From Microcystis aeruginosa NIES-843 (GTDB taxonomy: Bacteria; Cyanobacteriota; Cyanobacteriia; Cyanobacteriales; Microcystaceae): a stretch of 32,000 nucleotides of DNA. The notes beneath the pieces were generated by a model. The model was not told the DNA's origin, did not search any database, and saw only the letters and a program-made list of their open reading frames with translations. The position numbers and the translations under genes were made by a program. The stretch covers positions 5,550,001 to 5,582,000 of the forward strand of contig NC_010296.1 in NCBI RefSeq assembly GCF_000010625.1, written 5' to 3'. Below, piece after piece: positions 16,468-25,674 of the stretch. Each line of letters starts with the position of its first letter. The first letter of the stretch is position 1.

Positions 16468-16994
16468 AACTTCAAGGCCGAAGTCGAAGTTCCAGCCGAT
16501 GGCGGGAACGGCATGATCGTCACTCAGGGGGGCGCTTCGGTGGATAAGGATTTTACCTGCTGAAGGGGAAACCGGTCTTCCTCTGGAATCTGGTAGACCT
16601 AAAACGGCCGCGCTGGGAGGGAACGACCGCGTTATCGCCTGGGAAACACCTTCTGGAGTTCGATTTTACCTACGACGGCCTCGGCATGGGAACGCTCGCT
16701 TTTAACAACCTAAGCGGTATCGGTCAGAGTGGAACTGGCGTATTGAAAGTGGACGGTCAAACGGTAGCGACTCAAAAGATGGAGCGAACTCTACCCCTGA
16801 TCCTTCAATGGGACGAAAACTTCGATGTCGGCGCGGATACGGGGACTCCCGTGGAAGACGCAGACTATCAAGTTCCCTTCCGGTTCAACGGTACGTTGGA
16901 TCAATTAACCCTTACCGTCAACCGTCCGAAACTGTCCCCGGGGGACGAACAGAAATTATGGGAGGCACAACGGAATAATCGCGTTTCCGAATGA
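16468..16994 (+). pseudogene. 3' fragment of a second arylsulfatase gene (5'-truncated at the IS remnant, frameshift plus premature stop)
   Basis: Translation NFKAEVEVPADGGNGMIVTQGG / RFGG*GFYLLKGKPVFLWN...VDGQTVATQ...FDVGADTGTPV... aligns with the C-terminal region of the 17210-19579 product (SFSVTAELNIPPEGADGVIIAQGGRFGGWSVY...). There is a 1-nt frame change in the G-run at 16527-16532 and a TAA at 16545-16547. Confidence 0.75.
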
Positions 16995-17209
16995 CCTCGT
17001 CGTGGGGGATTGATCCCCCATCTTGCCGAGCGTGTGCGAGTTTTGGCAAAGTCGAGAGATTATCGATTTTGGCAAGCGATAGGATAGTCAATGGCCCGAT
17101 CGATGCGCTTCAACACGACAAATTAGGCATTCTGTCAAGAGAAATTAACAAATTTAAATATTTCTCGACCTAATCGATTCTCGAAAAAATTTACCGGAGG
17201 AAATGAACG

Positions 17210-19579
17210 ATGTCCCAAGATAAGCCGATTCAACGCCAAATTCTACCGATTCCCGACTTAACCCCCTTCGGTCTAACCACCTACGACGCGAAGAATCCGG
17301 ACACTGACTATCCCCCGATTCGAGATATCCGACCGCCGGCCGGCGCGCCCAACGTGCTGATCGTGCTGCTCGATGACGTGGGCTTCGGAGCCTCCAGTGC
17401 CTTCGGTGGCCCGTGCAATACCCCCACTTTCGAGCGATTAGCGGCACAGGGGCTAAAATATACCCGTTTTCATACCACTGCCCTCTGCTCTCCCAGCCGC
17501 GCGGCTTTGCTCTCTGGAAGGAATCATCACTCGGTCGGCATGGGCAACATCACCGAAACCGCCACCTCCGCCCCCGGGCAGAGTTCCGTTCGTCCCAACA
17601 CCAAAGCACCCCTCGCCTTGACCCTGAAGCTGAACGGCTATTCCACGGCGCAGTTCGGTAAGTGCCACGAGGTACCGGTTTGGCAAACCAGCCCGATCGG
17701 CCCGTTTGACGCTTGGCCCTCTGGCGGGGGTGGATTCGAGTATTTCTACGGCTTTATCGGTGGCGAGAATAACCAGTGGGAGCCGGCACTGTACGAGGGA
17801 ACAACCCCGATCGAACCGCCGAAAACCCCGGAGGAAGGGTATCACCTGACCGAAGATCTGGCTGATCGAGCGATCGCTTGGGTCAGTCAACAAAAAGCCC
17901 TCGCCCCCGATAAGCCTTTCTTTATGTACTTCGCCCCCGGCGCGACCCATGCCCCCCACCACGTCCCCAAGGAATGGATCGACAAGTATCGGGGCCAATT
18001 CGCTCACGGTTGGGATCACCAGAGGGAGATTACCTTTGCCCGACAGAAAGAACTGGACGTAATTCCCCAAAATGCCGAACTCACCCCCCGTCACGCCGAA
18101 ATTCCCGCCTGGGATGACATGGATGATCGCCTGAAGCCGGTATTAGAGCGCCAGATGGAGGTGTACGCCGCCTTTCTGGAACATACCGATGAGCAGGTGG
18201 GACGGGTGATTCAAGCCTTAGAAAATCTAGAAATCCTCGACGATACGCTCGTTTACGTCATCATCGGCGATAACGGCGCATCCGCCGAGGGAACGCTTCA
18301 GGGCGCGTTTAACGAGATGGCCAACTTTAACGGGTTAGCGGGTCTAGAAACCCCGGAATTTCTCCTCTCGAAACTGGATGACTTCGGCGCGCCCGATTCC
18401 TATAATCACTACGCGGTCGGTTGGGCTTGGGCGATGAGTAGCCCCTACAAATGGACGAAGCAGGTCGCTTCTCACTGGGGCGGGACCCGCAACGGTACGA
18501 TTGTTCGTTATCCCAAAATCATCACGGAAAAAGGTGGGATTCGCCATCAGTTCTGTCATCTGATCGATGTGGCCCCGACGGTGTTGGCAGTAGCGGGAAT
18601 TCCCGAACCGACTATGGTTAACGGTGTCCTACAAAGTCCCTACGAGGGTACGAATATGGTTTATACCTTTAACGACGCGGCCGCCCCCGAACGTCACGAT
18701 GTGCAGTATTTCGAGATGTTTGGCAATCGGGGCATCTATTACAAGGGTTGGAGTGCGATTACCAAGCACCGCACCCCGTGGATTATGACTGGACAGACGA
18801 TGGTTCCTTTCGACGATGATATCTGGGAACTATACGACGGCAGTACGGATGGGACGCAAGCTCGGGATCTCTCCCGGGAAATGCCAGAGAAACTGCACGA
18901 ACTACAGCGACAATTTCTGATCGAGGCGGTTAAGTATAATGTACTGCCCCTAGACGATCGCCAAGTGGAACGGGTCGATCCCGCCACCGCTGGCCGGCCT
19001 ACCCTCGTGCGGGGAAACTCGCAATTATTCTTTGCCGGGATGGGGCGTTTGTCTGAAAATAGCGTCATCAACATCAAAAATAAATCCTTCTCGGTGACGG
19101 CGGAACTGAACATTCCCCCGGAAGGCGCGGACGGGGTGATTATCGCCCAAGGCGGCCGCTTCGGTGGTTGGAGTGTCTATACCCACGACGGAAAAGCCAA
19201 GTTCGTCTATAACGTGCTGGGGATTCAAAGTTTTGTCACCGAGGCGACGGAGACGATCCCGGCCGGTAAGCATCAGGTACGGATGGAGTTTGCCTACGAT
19301 GGCGGTGGTTTAGGACGGGGGGGAAATGTCACCCTCTACTACGACGGTCAACTGGTGGGTACGGGTCGGGTAGAACGAACTCAGGCTTTTATTTTCTCTG
19401 CGGACGAGACCACGGATATCGGCTACGAATCCGGTACCCCCGTAGCGGCGGAATATACCTCGAAAACCAGTCGTTTCACCGGCAAGATCGGTTGGGTTCA
19501 ACTGGATGTGGGTACGGACGCTCATGACCACCTGATCGACCAGGAGGAACGTCTGAAAATTATCATGGCCCGGCAGTAG
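17210..19579 (+). CDS. Arylsulfatase (type I, formylglycine-dependent sulfatase family, large AtsA-like form)
   Basis: 789-aa ORF. Motifs are LIVLLDDVGFG and the CxPxR formylglycine motif LCSPSRAALLSGRNHH (Cys codon at 17486-17488). The gene is GC-rich. Confidence 0.93.
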   Translation: MSQDKPIQRQILPIPDLTPFGLTTYDAKNPDTDYPPIRDIRPPAGAPNVLIVLLDDVGFGASSAFGGPCNTPTFERLAAQGLKYTRFHTTALCSPSRAALLSGRNHHSVGMGNITETATSAPGQSSVRPNTKAPLALTLKLNGYSTAQFGKCHEVPVWQTSPIGPFDAWPSGGGGFEYFYGFIGGENNQWEPALYEGTTPIEPPKTPEEGYHLTEDLADRAIAWVSQQKALAPDKPFFMYFAPGATHAPHHVPKEWIDKYRGQFAHGWDHQREITFARQKELDVIPQNAELTPRHAEIPAWDDMDDRLKPVLERQMEVYAAFLEHTDEQVGRVIQALENLEILDDTLVYVIIGDNGASAEGTLQGAFNEMANFNGLAGLETPEFLLSKLDDFGAPDSYNHYAVGWAWAMSSPYKWTKQVASHWGGTRNGTIVRYPKIITEKGGIRHQFCHLIDVAPTVLAVAGIPEPTMVNGVLQSPYEGTNMVYTFNDAAAPERHDVQYFEMFGNRGIYYKGWSAITKHRTPWIMTGQTMVPFDDDIWELYDGSTDGTQARDLSREMPEKLHELQRQFLIEAVKYNVLPLDDRQVERVDPATAGRPTLVRGNSQLFFAGMGRLSENSVINIKNKSFSVTAELNIPPEGADGVIIAQGGRFGGWSVYTHDGKAKFVYNVLGIQSFVTEATETIPAGKHQVRMEFAYDGGGLGRGGNVTLYYDGQLVGTGRVERTQAFIFSADETTDIGYESGTPVAAEYTSKTSRFTGKIGWVQLDVGTDAHDHLIDQEERLKIIMARQ

Positions 19580-19696
19580 AAAAGGGGACTTGCGATCGAC
19601 GGTTTCGCTTATTCGGTCTTAGGGGAGGAATCGCGATCGCTGGCGAGCCAATGTTTAATAGATCTCCTGCAAAAATCAAAAATTGTCGTAGTTAGT

Positions 19697-19738
19697 GAGG
19701 AGTCAGGAGACAGGAGATAGGAGACAGGAGACAGGAGG
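19697..19738. repeat. Heptamer tandem repeat, (CAGGAGA)-like x6
   Basis: GAGGAGT CAGGAGA CAGGAGA TAGGAGA CAGGAGA CAGGAGG read directly. Confidence 0.9.
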
Positions 19739-19932
19739 ATAAAAAAGACAAGAGACAACTATCCTACCGATAAAATCTAAGATTATGTCAAATTTATCGG
19801 AATTTTTAGATATTTTGACCAGATAGTGCCTCGATAACTTACTTTTCCAGGAGGTTTGATTTTCTATAGCAAAAACTAACCGCAATGATAGTTTTATCTA
19901 GGGTTTGCGGCAAAAAGTTTTTCGTGGGGACA

Positions 19933-19953
19933 GGGTGTAGGGTGTGGGGTGTG
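19933..19953. repeat. Heptamer tandem repeat, (GGGTGTG)-like x3
   Basis: GGGTGTA GGGTGTG GGGTGTG read directly. Confidence 0.85.
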
Positions 19954-20046
19954 GTGCGATTCGTTGGCTAGAAACTAGACAGTAAGACGTTTAGAGGATT
20001 AGCCGCTTGGTAAATGTAGTACCTTGATAACTTTATAACCCTACAG

Positions 20047-20738
20047 GTGCGGGTTAGTAATAACCTTAGTCCTGTCCTCTAGATGCCTAGAGTGACGGCA
20101 TTTCCTGCTGCTTTAGACTTGGTACATCTGAGGTAGTGAGCGAGGAAAAAAAAGCGGTATCTGATAGCCTAAATCAGAAACCCGTTGAGCCAGAACCTAT
20201 GGATAGCCCTGGGGCGAAGATACGAATTAACCATCGTCAACACCCACGAGCCAAAAGGCTGACAGGCTCGAAACAAAAGTTAACAGAGTTGGGGCTGATA
20301 GCTCATACCACTATCAGTAAGGCATTCCCGTTACTCTGTTGTGGACAGTATCATCCTAAGGGTTCAACCAATGGTTATAGGGAACGAAGTAACCCTGATT
20401 GACTCTGCCCGTTCGGGGCAGTAGGAAACCATCCGCAAGTCAATAGAGGGAGAGGATGTCCTTAAAAGCCAAGGCTTTGAGTAATATCAAAGATATGCTG
20501 ACAAAGGACGGGTAACTAGGAAGTCTAAGCAACAATCAACGGTCATATACGCCCTAAAACCAACAATCTTGTCTGGTGGGGATACAGCCAAGAGGGTTGA
20601 ATAGACAAGGAAATAATAATTCCCATTATTATTCTACTAATGACAGTAGCCTAGTTACTCAGGAGCCGGATACGGCGAAAGTCGTAAGTCCGGTTTTGAA
20701 GCAGGGGGTGGGAAGGCGACTTCCTGCTCTACTGTAAC
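20047..20738 (+). mobile_element. ORF-less group II intron (ribozyme only, no reverse-transcriptase/maturase ORF)
   Basis: The 5' end GTGCG at 20047 fits the GUGYG consensus. A canonical 34-nt domain V lies at 20663-20696, GAGCCGGAUACGGCGAAAGUCGUAAGUCCGGUUU, with the AGC triad, a GAAA tetraloop and a 2-nt bulge. It aligns position for position with the ai5gamma and Ll.LtrB domain V. A short domain-VI-like hairpin follows. The 3' end is uncertain, at 20732 (..CTAC) or 20738 (..TAAC). The domain IV region is too short for an IEP. Confidence 0.75.
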
Positions 20739-21115
20739 GGGTTTTACCGATTTTCAGGTGGTCAATTACCTAATTTTCAGAGAAAAAGTACCTGAATTTT
20801 CCCCCCGATCACTCCCATGCCCGGAACTTTTTGAGGGCAAAAAAGTCTAAAAGTCTTATCCAACAAGGTTTTTAGATTTATTCAGCCAGCCCTAATTAGT
20901 CTAAATATTGGCTAAGAAAATTACTGGAAATATCAAATATAGCGTTATCTTAATGGTGAGGTAGGAAGTCTCTGGTTTTAGGAAAGGACGGAACTGCGGA
21001 ACGCCGGAACAGTAGCTGGTCGTCCGGAGATGACGCCAAATCCCGTCATACTTCATCTTGATGAGAAACGCTATCAGCTGTTGTCTATTTAAACTGGGTA
21101 TTAAGGAGAGCAATC

Positions 21116-21721
21116 ATGAAAAATTCTCATCAATTGACCAAATCCCTGAAGCGTTTTCGTTATACACTTTTTCTGGGAGTAGCGGCCATGGCAATCACTA
21201 GCTGGGGGATGCCCAATATTTCTGTAGCCCAGACTACTCCTGCTCAAGAAAAAGTGCAGTTAATGTTCGTGCAAACGGCAGAAGATATTCAGGTAGATCC
21301 CGTCACAAAAACAATTCGCTTGGTGAACGTCAACAAACAGACATTATACTTTTCCGATCGCCCGAACCGGATTGCTGGTAATCTGACCATGGCCGCCTAT
21401 ATGGATGAGTGGACAGCCAGGGCAGGAAAAGATAATTTTGCTAACGATCCCCCCAATGCGACCCTCTCAGTCTACGAACCTGGTCGTCAAGACAATACTA
21501 TAGTTGTCGTCGAGATTAGCAATCCCGTCATCGATGGCAAGGACTTGATTTATAGCTACAAGCTAATCGAAGGGACTCTACCCAAGGCCGGCGGGGCAAC
21601 TTCCCTATTTATCGATTGGATTGGTGTTGGTGGTGGTGTCGGTCCTGGCTTTTACGGGGTGGGGGCCGGTACCCGCGGAGTCGGTTTATACGGTGGTTAC
21701 GGTGGATCCCTACGTTATTAA
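21116..21721 (+). CDS. Secreted hypothetical protein with Gly-rich C-terminal tail
   Basis: AAGGAG lies 8 nt upstream of the ATG. The signal-peptide-like N-terminus is FLGVAAMAITSWGMPNISVAQT. The C-terminus is GVGGGVGPGFYGVGAGTRGVGLYGGYGG. Confidence 0.75.
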   Translation: MKNSHQLTKSLKRFRYTLFLGVAAMAITSWGMPNISVAQTTPAQEKVQLMFVQTAEDIQVDPVTKTIRLVNVNKQTLYFSDRPNRIAGNLTMAAYMDEWTARAGKDNFANDPPNATLSVYEPGRQDNTIVVVEISNPVIDGKDLIYSYKLIEGTLPKAGGATSLFIDWIGVGGGVGPGFYGVGAGTRGVGLYGGYGGSLRY

Positions 21722-22396
21722 TACTAATGTTCTATTATTTCTGTAAATTTATCTAGCGATTAGGAGAATCCCATGAGTTACCTAAATTCTTGCCGTTGAA
21801 AGCCTTGTGGCTTCAGCCCAAGTATGAAAACAAGGAGCGAGATTTTAATCTCATGTATCCTAAAATATGATGTGACACCAGCAATGCGAACAAGAACAAG
21901 GTTGGTCGCGTCGATCTCATGCTAGTAGAGGTGAAACTCCCGTCGGGAAGAAACTGGTAGCAGCGTCGCTACAAAGACTAAGGCACAGACAAGCAGGCAG
22001 CAAGAGTTAGCGATTTGAATCTGCCAGACTGGTATAGGCAACCACTCGGAAAGCGAAAGTAAAAAATGAATGTAAGCGCAACGTATATGGTGAGTTAACC
22101 AGTATGTCAGAGCGTGTAGGTGGCTTTTGACTGCCACCACTGGTTTTTGGTTCTTCGGTTTGTGTTATGCAATGGACGGGGGTTATAAGGGATGGAACCC
22201 TTATCTAGAAAGGCATTTAGCGATTTTTGTCAATTGTTTTTGATCTAGAGCGAACTAATCAATTAAGTCTCTTACCAGATAAGGATTTAGTCGATTTATG
22301 CCCCCCTATCGAACCATACTAAGTAACGAAAAACCCTATTACCGAAGTCCCACTTACTTTAAACGGTCGGTCCATGGGCATTGTTAGAATACGGAA

Positions 22397-23413
22397 CTAA
22401 AGATTCGACAGATTGAAACCACGTTTTAAAGGATAAATGCCCGGTGGCAACCAAAATCCTTCTGTGTAGCCTTCTTTCTCCTGCATATAAACATGATCAA
22501 AGAAATGGAGGTTTTCAGCATGAAGGTCTTTGATTTGCCATTTAGGCCCGTTTATTCCAGTTTCGTGTTTACCCTGTTGATCGTCCCAAAGATTCTCTGG
22601 GTTAGGAAACTGAGTCCTTTTTGCTCCATCTTTGGTAATGAAATAAATGTGACCTGATTCATTCGATTTATCCTTATTTTTTCGAGGCCATCTTGCTCCT
22701 ATTGCCCCACGAGGTGCTAGGTAATCTTCTTTCAAAAAGTAGAGAAATCCCAGACGACGCAGTTTTTTCTCAACGCCTGTAACTCGAACATTATCCATTA
22801 AACAAGGGTCTTGGAAAAGTGCTTTGACGGTGGCTAATCCTAACTTTTCAGCCAGATATTTCATCACACAGGAGACAGAATAAGCGCAGGGTGCGTCATC
22901 AATATGGTATTGATCTTTGTTTTGTTCAACTAATTCGTTTAGTTTGTTTCGACCTTCCTCCGTTGCTTCCATAAAGGTTTCTTTGGACTGAAGAATGGGC
23001 AGGATTCCTTGTTCAAATAACCGGCACCCTTCGGCATCAGTTAACCTGTGATCTGTCGGCAGAGACTTGGTGTGTTTAAGCTTTTTGTAATCATCTAAAA
23101 CCAGACCCCCATAAATAGTTTTAGTATAATCTGAGGAATCTGCCACATAAATTATAATGCTGGTTTCTTCTTCATGATTAGCTTGATCATAGCCAAAGGC
23201 AGTAATTTTGCGCTTCCCAGGATTCGTGAATCCTGAATAAGTAATCGACCAAGAACCGTCTGCTTTAACCTGATTATTGCCTAGGGAATATTTGTCATCT
23301 GCTGTGAGTTCTACAGTGACTATTCCAGAATTTACTTTGCCTGTAAAAGTAACAGGTTTTAGACGTTCAAAGCGAGCATCATTGATGGGACTAATAATTT
23401 GTAGGGAAGTCAT
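22397..23413 (-). CDS. Ig-like N-terminal domain fused to a papain-fold Cys-His domain (Tae4/NlpC-P60/CHAP-like putative peptidoglycan amidase)
   Basis: 338-aa ORF with AGGAGA upstream of the ATG. The N-terminal ~90 aa form a beta-sandwich-like region (ISPINDARF...VTFTGKV...ITAFGYD). A candidate catalytic Cys lies in DAPCAYSVSCVMKYL and a candidate His in ESGHIYFITKDG. The family assignment rests on motif resemblance only. Confidence 0.6.
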   Translation of the reverse strand: MTSLQIISPINDARFERLKPVTFTGKVNSGIVTVELTADDKYSLGNNQVKADGSWSITYSGFTNPGKRKITAFGYDQANHEEETSIIIYVADSSDYTKTIYGGLVLDDYKKLKHTKSLPTDHRLTDAEGCRLFEQGILPILQSKETFMEATEEGRNKLNELVEQNKDQYHIDDAPCAYSVSCVMKYLAEKLGLATVKALFQDPCLMDNVRVTGVEKKLRRLGFLYFLKEDYLAPRGAIGARWPRKNKDKSNESGHIYFITKDGAKRTQFPNPENLWDDQQGKHETGINGPKWQIKDLHAENLHFFDHVYMQEKEGYTEGFWLPPGIYPLKRGFNLSNL

Positions 23414-23449
23414 GGCATTTCTCCTATGGGATTGTTGAAAAATTTACTG

Positions 23450-25126
23450 TTAGACGAATTGATCGCCCAATGAAGGATTAAAAGCGATCGCTTCAAGATC
23501 AGTACGATAGATACCAACTTTATGAATTTCCTCTGGTAATCTTGGCCAGATGTGGACTTCACTCTCAAAAGTGCGCCAAAGTTGGGGAGTAATTCGGAAG
23601 ACTCGGTTATTAACACTGGAAAGTCCTGCAAAATGTTCTTGCATTCTGACATTAACGTGCCGATTTAAGACCTCAAAGACTTTTTTGACCGTAGCAGGAT
23701 TATCATATCCGTCGTAATGATTGAAAGTGATTCCTGTTTGATTTTTTAGCTGATTACAGAAGCTTTTAGGTTCTTCGAGTCGTTGAACTTCTTTATAGCC
23801 ATTAGCAAAAACATCATGAGCAATGGCTTCTAAATAAAGTTGTCTTTGAGCGGCGGGATTTTTAGCGTAGAAAAGAATTTTTGCCACCGCCAAAGTTGAG
23901 CCAACACAATTGCCAAATGTTCCCCAACTACCGAAGGCCAATAAATCATCATAAGGTAACACAGAAGTGACATTCCAAGCCCCATTAAAAAGTCGGCCAT
24001 CAATGATGACTAATTTAGCGCGTTGCTCAGAAGAATAGTTCTTGTATTTAGCCAGAAAATGCTCATCTAACTTCGCTTGTTCCCTGTCGTCTTTCTGATA
24101 ATCATTAATACTACCATTTTGACGACGAGTTAAAATAGCTACCTCGAAATCCCAGTCAGTTTCTGATTCTTCTAACCCAACTGCTGGTAATTTTTCAGTC
24201 ACAAGTTCTCTGGGTGGTCGTCGCCCGTCGTACCACATTTCAGTCTCCTTATTAGAGATGCGGACACGCACTTTAGTTTTAGGAAGAGTTTGAGCGATTC
24301 CCATTGCTACTAATTCATCTGCTCCCCAAGTAATTGGCTGTTTGAGAGCCGAGAGATTATACTTATCCAGAAGATTGTATAATCTTGTTTGCATTGTTTC
24401 TCGCACATCTTTGGATGAATGTTTTTGAGAATCTCCCATCGCACAAACCACCGCTGAGATTTTTCGATTCATCGACTGTAATAGACGGATAGATTGTTCG
24501 AGTCTCCACAACTCTTTGTCGTGTCTTTTTTTTGCCCAATCTGGATAAGGAGTTGGATCCGGTTGAGGAGGACCGACACCAACAAAAGATTGGACGATGA
24601 CCGCTTTTTCAAATTGAGAAATAGTGGGGAGATAATCTTCGGGATATTGTAGCAATCGTTCTGCAATAATGAACGCTGTATCCTTGACCCGAAGCAGTGT
24701 AATCATTTGTCTGACTAAAGAATCTGTTTGTCTTCTCGGACTAAGAACGTACACAGGACAAATTCTTTCTGAACGGTTGTCTTGTCCATTAGGGGGAATC
24801 CCCACTCCATCTCCATCTTGTTCTGTTGGTCGATGATACACCTTAAATTGAGACTGCTTAATGTCTTGTAATATCTTGGCCACAGGGTCATTACTTTTAA
24901 TTTCGACATGGGGAATATAAGCGAACCATTTCGCTATCTCATTAACAGGGGTTGTTAATTCTAATTCCCAGTGATTATTGTCCGCAGATTTGTAATCATT
25001 AATCTCAATTTTATCTCCTGCTGTCAAGGAAAATTTTTGAGTAAGATCAGTAATTTGACTGCTATCTAGGGTAGATTGTTTGATAACAGTATTGACTAGA
25101 GCTTTCAGTTTTTGGGTAGTCATCAT
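23450..25126 (-). CDS. Large hypothetical protein (about 558 aa), unknown function
   Basis: Start is moved to the ATG at 25126, which is preceded by AAAGGAG. The track start at 25210 is a TTG that overlaps the upstream stop. The C-terminal third has ...IIDGRLFNGAWNV...LAFGSWGTFGNCVGSTLA..., which is reminiscent of DUF4127-type proteins, but I cannot verify that. Confidence 0.7.
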   Translation of the reverse strand: MMTTQKLKALVNTVIKQSTLDSSQITDLTQKFSLTAGDKIEINDYKSADNNHWELELTTPVNEIAKWFAYIPHVEIKSNDPVAKILQDIKQSQFKVYHRPTEQDGDGVGIPPNGQDNRSERICPVYVLSPRRQTDSLVRQMITLLRVKDTAFIIAERLLQYPEDYLPTISQFEKAVIVQSFVGVGPPQPDPTPYPDWAKKRHDKELWRLEQSIRLLQSMNRKISAVVCAMGDSQKHSSKDVRETMQTRLYNLLDKYNLSALKQPITWGADELVAMGIAQTLPKTKVRVRISNKETEMWYDGRRPPRELVTEKLPAVGLEESETDWDFEVAILTRRQNGSINDYQKDDREQAKLDEHFLAKYKNYSSEQRAKLVIIDGRLFNGAWNVTSVLPYDDLLAFGSWGTFGNCVGSTLAVAKILFYAKNPAAQRQLYLEAIAHDVFANGYKEVQRLEEPKSFCNQLKNQTGITFNHYDGYDNPATVKKVFEVLNRHVNVRMQEHFAGLSSVNNRVFRITPQLWRTFESEVHIWPRLPEEIHKVGIYRTDLEAIAFNPSLGDQFV

Positions 25127-25206
25127 TTTTTCTCCTTTTTTGCCTGATTCTGGACAGGTTACGTTAACAACAGCAGACGGTTCACAAATAGGATATTTTC
25201 CCTTTG

Positions 25207-25674
25207 TCAAGTTAAGGAAGTTACAGTGAGTTGGATGCTATCTCGATTATTAGCATAGGCGATGATCACATCGTTAGCAAAGCAGTAAAGCCGTCCTGTT
25301 TTTGGTGCTGTAAACTGTTTATTTGTGCCAATGAGGAACAAACTATCTTGATCTTTATCAATTGAACCAATCAGTGAAAACCAAGGTGAATTAGGCATTC
25401 GTCGTAGTCTTTCACATAGTTTCAGAAAGAAATTAGTACTTTCATAACCATCAGCATTAGAGGTAATTGTCCAGTCTGTCCATTGACCTGTTGCTTGAAA
25501 ATGATATTCTTGTCCAGCGACAAGATTAATTCCTGTATCGTTCCAGATTAGTTTTGAGTCTATGGTTATAGGGAGATTTGTGTTTTGCATTACCTGTTGT
25601 AAGGCTGATGCCAGTAAAAGTTTGTACATTGTTCGTGAGTAAATCACCGAATCAAAAAAGAGTAGGGTGATCAC
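25207..25674 (-). CDS. PA-IL/LecA-like beta-sandwich lectin-domain protein
   Basis: The pattern WNDTGINLVAGQEYHFQATGQW...FSLIGSI...FLIGTN...TGRLYCFANDVIIAYANNRDSIQLTV parallels the P. aeruginosa LecA layout (AAGW...GALVMKIG...ITLIYND...YGNNSGSFSV). The start is uncertain: GTG at 25674, or ATG at 25629 (MYKLLLASAL). Confidence 0.6.
   Translation of the reverse strand: MITLLFFDSVIYSRTMYKLLLASALQQVMQNTNLPITIDSKLIWNDTGINLVAGQEYHFQATGQWTDWTITSNADGYESTNFFLKLCERLRRMPNSPWFSLIGSIDKDQDSLFLIGTNKQFTAPKTGRLYCFANDVIIAYANNRDSIQLTVTSLT

Noticed and set aside
17154-19531. Many 70-213-aa ORFs overlapping the arylsulfatase gene on both strands
   Set aside because: These are typical alternative-frame artefacts of GC-rich coding sequence. 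The 789-aa sulfatase frame explains the region.
20136-20402. 88-aa ORF inside the group II intron
   Set aside because: It lies in ribozyme domain I and has no RT or maturase motifs. The start listed in the track is not an ATG (the codon at 20136 reads GTG). It is most likely spurious.
20901-21113. 70-aa minus-strand ORF upstream of the Gly-rich protein gene
   Set aside because: It has no RBS or motifs and occupies the likely promoter region of the 21116-21721 gene.
23410-24909. Minus-strand ORFs at 23410-23652, 24469-24666 and 24715-24909
   Set aside because: They are alternative frames nested inside or overlapping the 586-aa ORF on the same strand. They have no independent support.
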